DNA of 64,000 nt from Chrysomallon squamiferum (taxonomy: Eukaryota; Animalia; Mollusca), in assembly GCA_012295275.1 (NCBI GenBank), contig CM022667.1, positions 16,182,001-16,246,000 of the forward strand, given 5' to 3'. The stretch's first letter is position 1. Each line of letters begins with the position of its first letter. The notes below the pieces were generated by a model. That model was given only the letters and a program-made list of their open reading frames with translations. It did not search any database and was not told where the DNA came from. The translations under genes were made by a program, and so were the position numbers. This document shows positions 59,728-64,000 of the stretch, in pieces.

Positions 59728-60820
59728 TGATGATGATCTACACTACGAGAACTGAACATGAAATTTAATAATAGTAATACATGCAAATGGACAAAGAAAC
59801 ACAAAAAATAAAAATAAAAATAAAGTAAAATAAAATAAAATAATGAATAAATAAAAAGCAATAAAATAAAGCATAGTGTTGGTTTTGCTGCACGTGTTTT
59901 TAATTGCAATGGTGTGGTTGCCTACTTTTAATTATTTATCACCTGACAGAACACATCTGTGAAAAGGTAAGAAATGACACTTTACGAAGATATATATATA
60001 TATTTTTTTATGATTACTGTATTTCTGTTAGCTTTATTCGCTTTTATATTCGCTTAGCAAAAGAAGACAACAAATTAAATAAGAAAAAAATATAATAGTA
60101 ATAATAACAACAACAACAGCAACAACAACAACAACAACAACAATAATAATAATAAAAACAATTACAATAATATAAATAATAATAATTAAATGATAGCAAC
60201 AACAACAACAACAACAACAACAGTAATAATATAATAATAATAATAAATATTACAGAATATAAAATTATCATCATATATTATATATTTATATTACAAACGT
60301 CGCAAATCCATAATATGTGGTTCAAAAACTGTTAAGTTTTTTTTTTTTTTATTGTCATTTTTCTTTTTTCCACCAGCAATCAATAGAAAATTGATATGTA
60401 ATTGCTAATAATTGCATAGATTATATATAACTGCAGTTGTGCCTACAGGCACAGAGTAACACAAACTGATACACTGATAAACAGTACGAATGACAGATCG
60501 ATAAAGCAATCACCAGACAAACAGACTGACAGACTGAACGACAAAGTGATGTCACAGTTGAGGATAGACACACTACAAGATTAAACAGCCGTATGGAAAA
60601 ATCATCTGTGTAGATAATGCATGTGTGTGTGTGCGTGCGCGCGCGCGCGTGTGTGAATATAAAAAAGTATTATTTAATAATAGGTAGGGACATTTTACGA
60701 AAAATTATACAAATTTTTGGAACTGAAGTGGCATATTCCCCATTTCTGTGACAATCTACTTGATAGCCTGTTTTTGAAATTATTTCTTCCTGTATCCAGT
60801 GTCGTCACGATTACAATGAT

Positions 60821-60851
<31 letters not shown>

Positions 60852-61522
60852 CATGCGTACATAAATAAATAAATAAATAAATAAATACTTTCAAATTTCA
60901 AACGTAATATAATTATAAATGATTACGCTCAGTTAATTTCACTAACAAGATTTCGATATTTTGTTTTTCTTTCCTTCCTTCTGTCTCGTTGAAATTTTTA
61001 TTTTATTTTATTTTTTTTCATTCGATGATCTTGTGAAATGTCACGCATGCAAATAAATCGTCAGGCTGAAAAGGAGAAATAAAATATAACAAAAATAATG
61101 TTTTTTCCTTGTCGTTCTTTGATCTCGTATCCGGTCATTTAAGTACAAGGGATAAGTGAATAGTCCTCGATGCCATGTGCAGCAGTCAACTGTAACAAAT
61201 TAAATAACAAGATGAAAAACGAAAACGGCACGTTTATTTCGACTGAATTTGAACAGAACTGAATGTTTTATGTTCGCTCTAAATAAAAACGCAAAACTGT
61301 TTAAGTGGATATTGATTCGGGTATAAAAGACACGATACGGAACTTATCTAACTGCATGCTTCTATCAGCGAACGTGTAGTTAATTATTTCTGTTATTATC
61401 AAACTTTCAAATAGGACCAGCAGAGCGTCGTAAAACATCATCATATTATTTTGAACATCTATTTATTATATTGATAAAAACGAGTTATCTCTGTTTATCT
61501 TTCTCCCTCTTTCTGTTATTCT

Positions 61523-61594
<72 letters not shown>

Positions 61595-62815
61595 CTTAAT
61601 TTATATATGTCTATGTGTATATATATCTTTCTTTTTATCTCTGTACACATACATACATACTTACAACATACATGTGTGTGTGTGTGTCTGTCTTTCTTTA
61701 TGTCTCTATTTCTCTGAATATACAATTTCCATCGCCACCTCTCTAACTCATACACGTATACACATACATATAAATATACATACGCATACATACATATGTG
61801 TGTGTGTGTTTCTTTATGTCACTGTTTCTGTTTCTGTGTATAAAAAGCGTCTCTCCGCCTCTCAATACAATTTAATTTTTGTTTGTTTAACACAATCGTT
61901 ACTACATTTTGTTCTTACGACCACAACCTCACCACAAGCGGTCACATTACCTTTTATTATTTCCACAATACATAACACACACTATCACAGATACCATTCT
62001 CCAACATATTAATACGTTTTACTTAAATCGATTATAAAAATACATTTAATTCTAATGCTAATATTTAATCAAATGTTCCAAAAGCTTTTTCGAATCACTT
62101 TAACATTAACAGTTATCTATCGACCATTTTATTATTGGTGAAAACAGCATGTGAAATTTTTACTAAAACAAACACCATCACCTTTTACATATACATTTAT
62201 ATAGATATCGCTATTGTTAAGTTGAATAAAACCAAGAGCGGCAACGAAATGAATTCTTCCAGAACATCAGTGGGTGTTCGCTTAAACAGTAGCAGTGGAA
62301 ACTATTGACTGTGCTTTGTACAGCTGGTGTTTGATTTTGTTCCATTGAGACTCAAAGAGTGAGTATCGTATTTATTTATTTTTACTTTATTTTTAGTTTC
62401 GTGCAGATATGTTGTATAATTAAACATGTTTAGAAAGGTACTGGCATTGGTACCAGACCGAGACTGGGAGTTTCTGAATTTTTTGTGGACAAACGTTTGA
62501 TGTATTTTTAATATATAAAATAAGGAATGAAAAAAAAAAAAATAAATAAAAGAAAATAAAAAGAAAATAAATAGCAATATAAATAAATAAATAAATAAAA
62601 ATAAAGAACGAAACTGTATTAAAGTTTTGACAGATGCTAATTAATACTTCTAAAAGATGTTTTCGGTTAATCACGGGTTTTCTGGAAGTCAGAAAATTGG
62701 TCTGATATCTGTAGTAATAATAATAATATCAAAAGGAAAAGCAGCAGCAACAACAATAACAACAAAATAAAATAAAATAAATACTAAAACGAATACTACT
62801 ACAACTACAACTACA

Positions 62816-62846
<31 letters not shown>

Positions 62847-62910
62847 TTAATAATAATAATAATTATAAATATAATAATAGCAATAATGAGAAGATAAATA
62901 ACAATTTTGT

Positions 62911-62991
<81 letters not shown>

Positions 62992-64000
62992 TCACTGAAT
63001 AGTTGTGATCATCATTATCATCATCATAATCTTTTTGTACGTTCTGGCACTCGGTGATAATGATTGTGTAATAACAGTTGAATGGTTATGCTAAATTATT
63101 AAAATGTAGCACGATCTACTAATCTGAAAGAGAACAAATTTCTTTATTTCCGTTTGTACAGCATAAATGAATTTTAAATTAACATAAAAATAATAATAAT
63201 AGTATATAGCAATAATACAAATTAAATTGACAATAACAATAAGATAATGTGTCTTGTGATTTGTAATTAATTAATTAATTTTTCATCATTATCAATATTA
63301 TTATTATTATTATCTGTTATATGCCTGTCTGTATTTATCCATCAGTCTGTCTGTCTATTTGCCTGTCTCTCTGTTTGTATATTTATCTGTGCATATGTTA
63401 ATTTATGTAAATATACAAAAGACGATATGAAAATAACAAAGCCGAAATAAAAAAGATTTAATAAATATTAAAAAAACCTAATTAAATAAAAATATTAAAA
63501 AGCGCTTAAAAATAAATTAAGGAAAAAAGAATAAAGAATATGAAATACTAAAAGAATTAGAGATTAAAAAATAATGATAAGTAAATAAATAAAAACCTCT
63601 CTAATAATACCATATCATTGATTTAAGGTAGTAATAACTGTCCTGATAATTTCTGTTGAATATTATTTTGTTCCTTTTATATAAAATATTCGATCTTTTA
63701 CTCTATCCTTTCAAAAGGTGTCTAAAGAAATGGTCATTTTCAGCAAATGCTCGGTGAAGCGTGAAAAATATATTTTGCTTTCAGTATATTTAGACAAATA
63801 GTTTGGGTGAAGTACAAGAGATGGTAAAACAGCTTTTTTCTAAGATATCTATTATTGTTGTATGAGAACGGATTCAGATTGTTTCCGGGTTCTACAGACG
63901 GTCAGTGTTCGGTGCAGTATGCCATTATTGAAAATAATATCAGGTCCGGTATAAAAAAAAATAATAAAATACAATAAAGTAGAACAATGTAGTATAATCA

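Noticed and set aside
59254-64000. Search for a fifth paralog or other genes downstream of G4
   Set aside because: I found no signal-peptide, Sushi, FTP or kringle exon, only simple repeats and short non-coding ORFs.

Overview
AT-rich, microsatellite-dense eukaryotic DNA with GT-AG introns; it looks lophotrochozoan and probably cephalopod, which is inferred from repeat content and gene families only. Most of the window is a head-to-tail (+ strand) array of four paralogous multi-exon genes (G1 is 5'-truncated; G2, G3 and G4 span start to stop). They encode type-I membrane proteins: signal peptide - Sushi - Sushi - F-type-lectin-like (FTP) - Sushi - FTP - Kringle - Kringle - unknown 4-Cys domain - Thr/Ser mucin stalk - conserved juxtamembrane motif - TM - very short tail. 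G1 has at least three FTP domains before the third Sushi. All introns I reconstructed are phase 1. A 10-cysteine macin antimicrobial peptide gene lies antisense inside intron 2 of G3. The FTP domains are highly divergent and lack the canonical fucose-binding residues. In contrast, the Sushi-1 start, the Kringle-2 end and the adjacent intron are very similar across G2-G4. Introns contain three Tigger/pogo-derived MITEs, a second TA-TSD MITE and a Gmr1-like (PR-IN-RT order) Gypsy remnant. G1 appears CpG-depleted relative to G2-G4. Exon boundaries were read by hand and are not transcript-validated.
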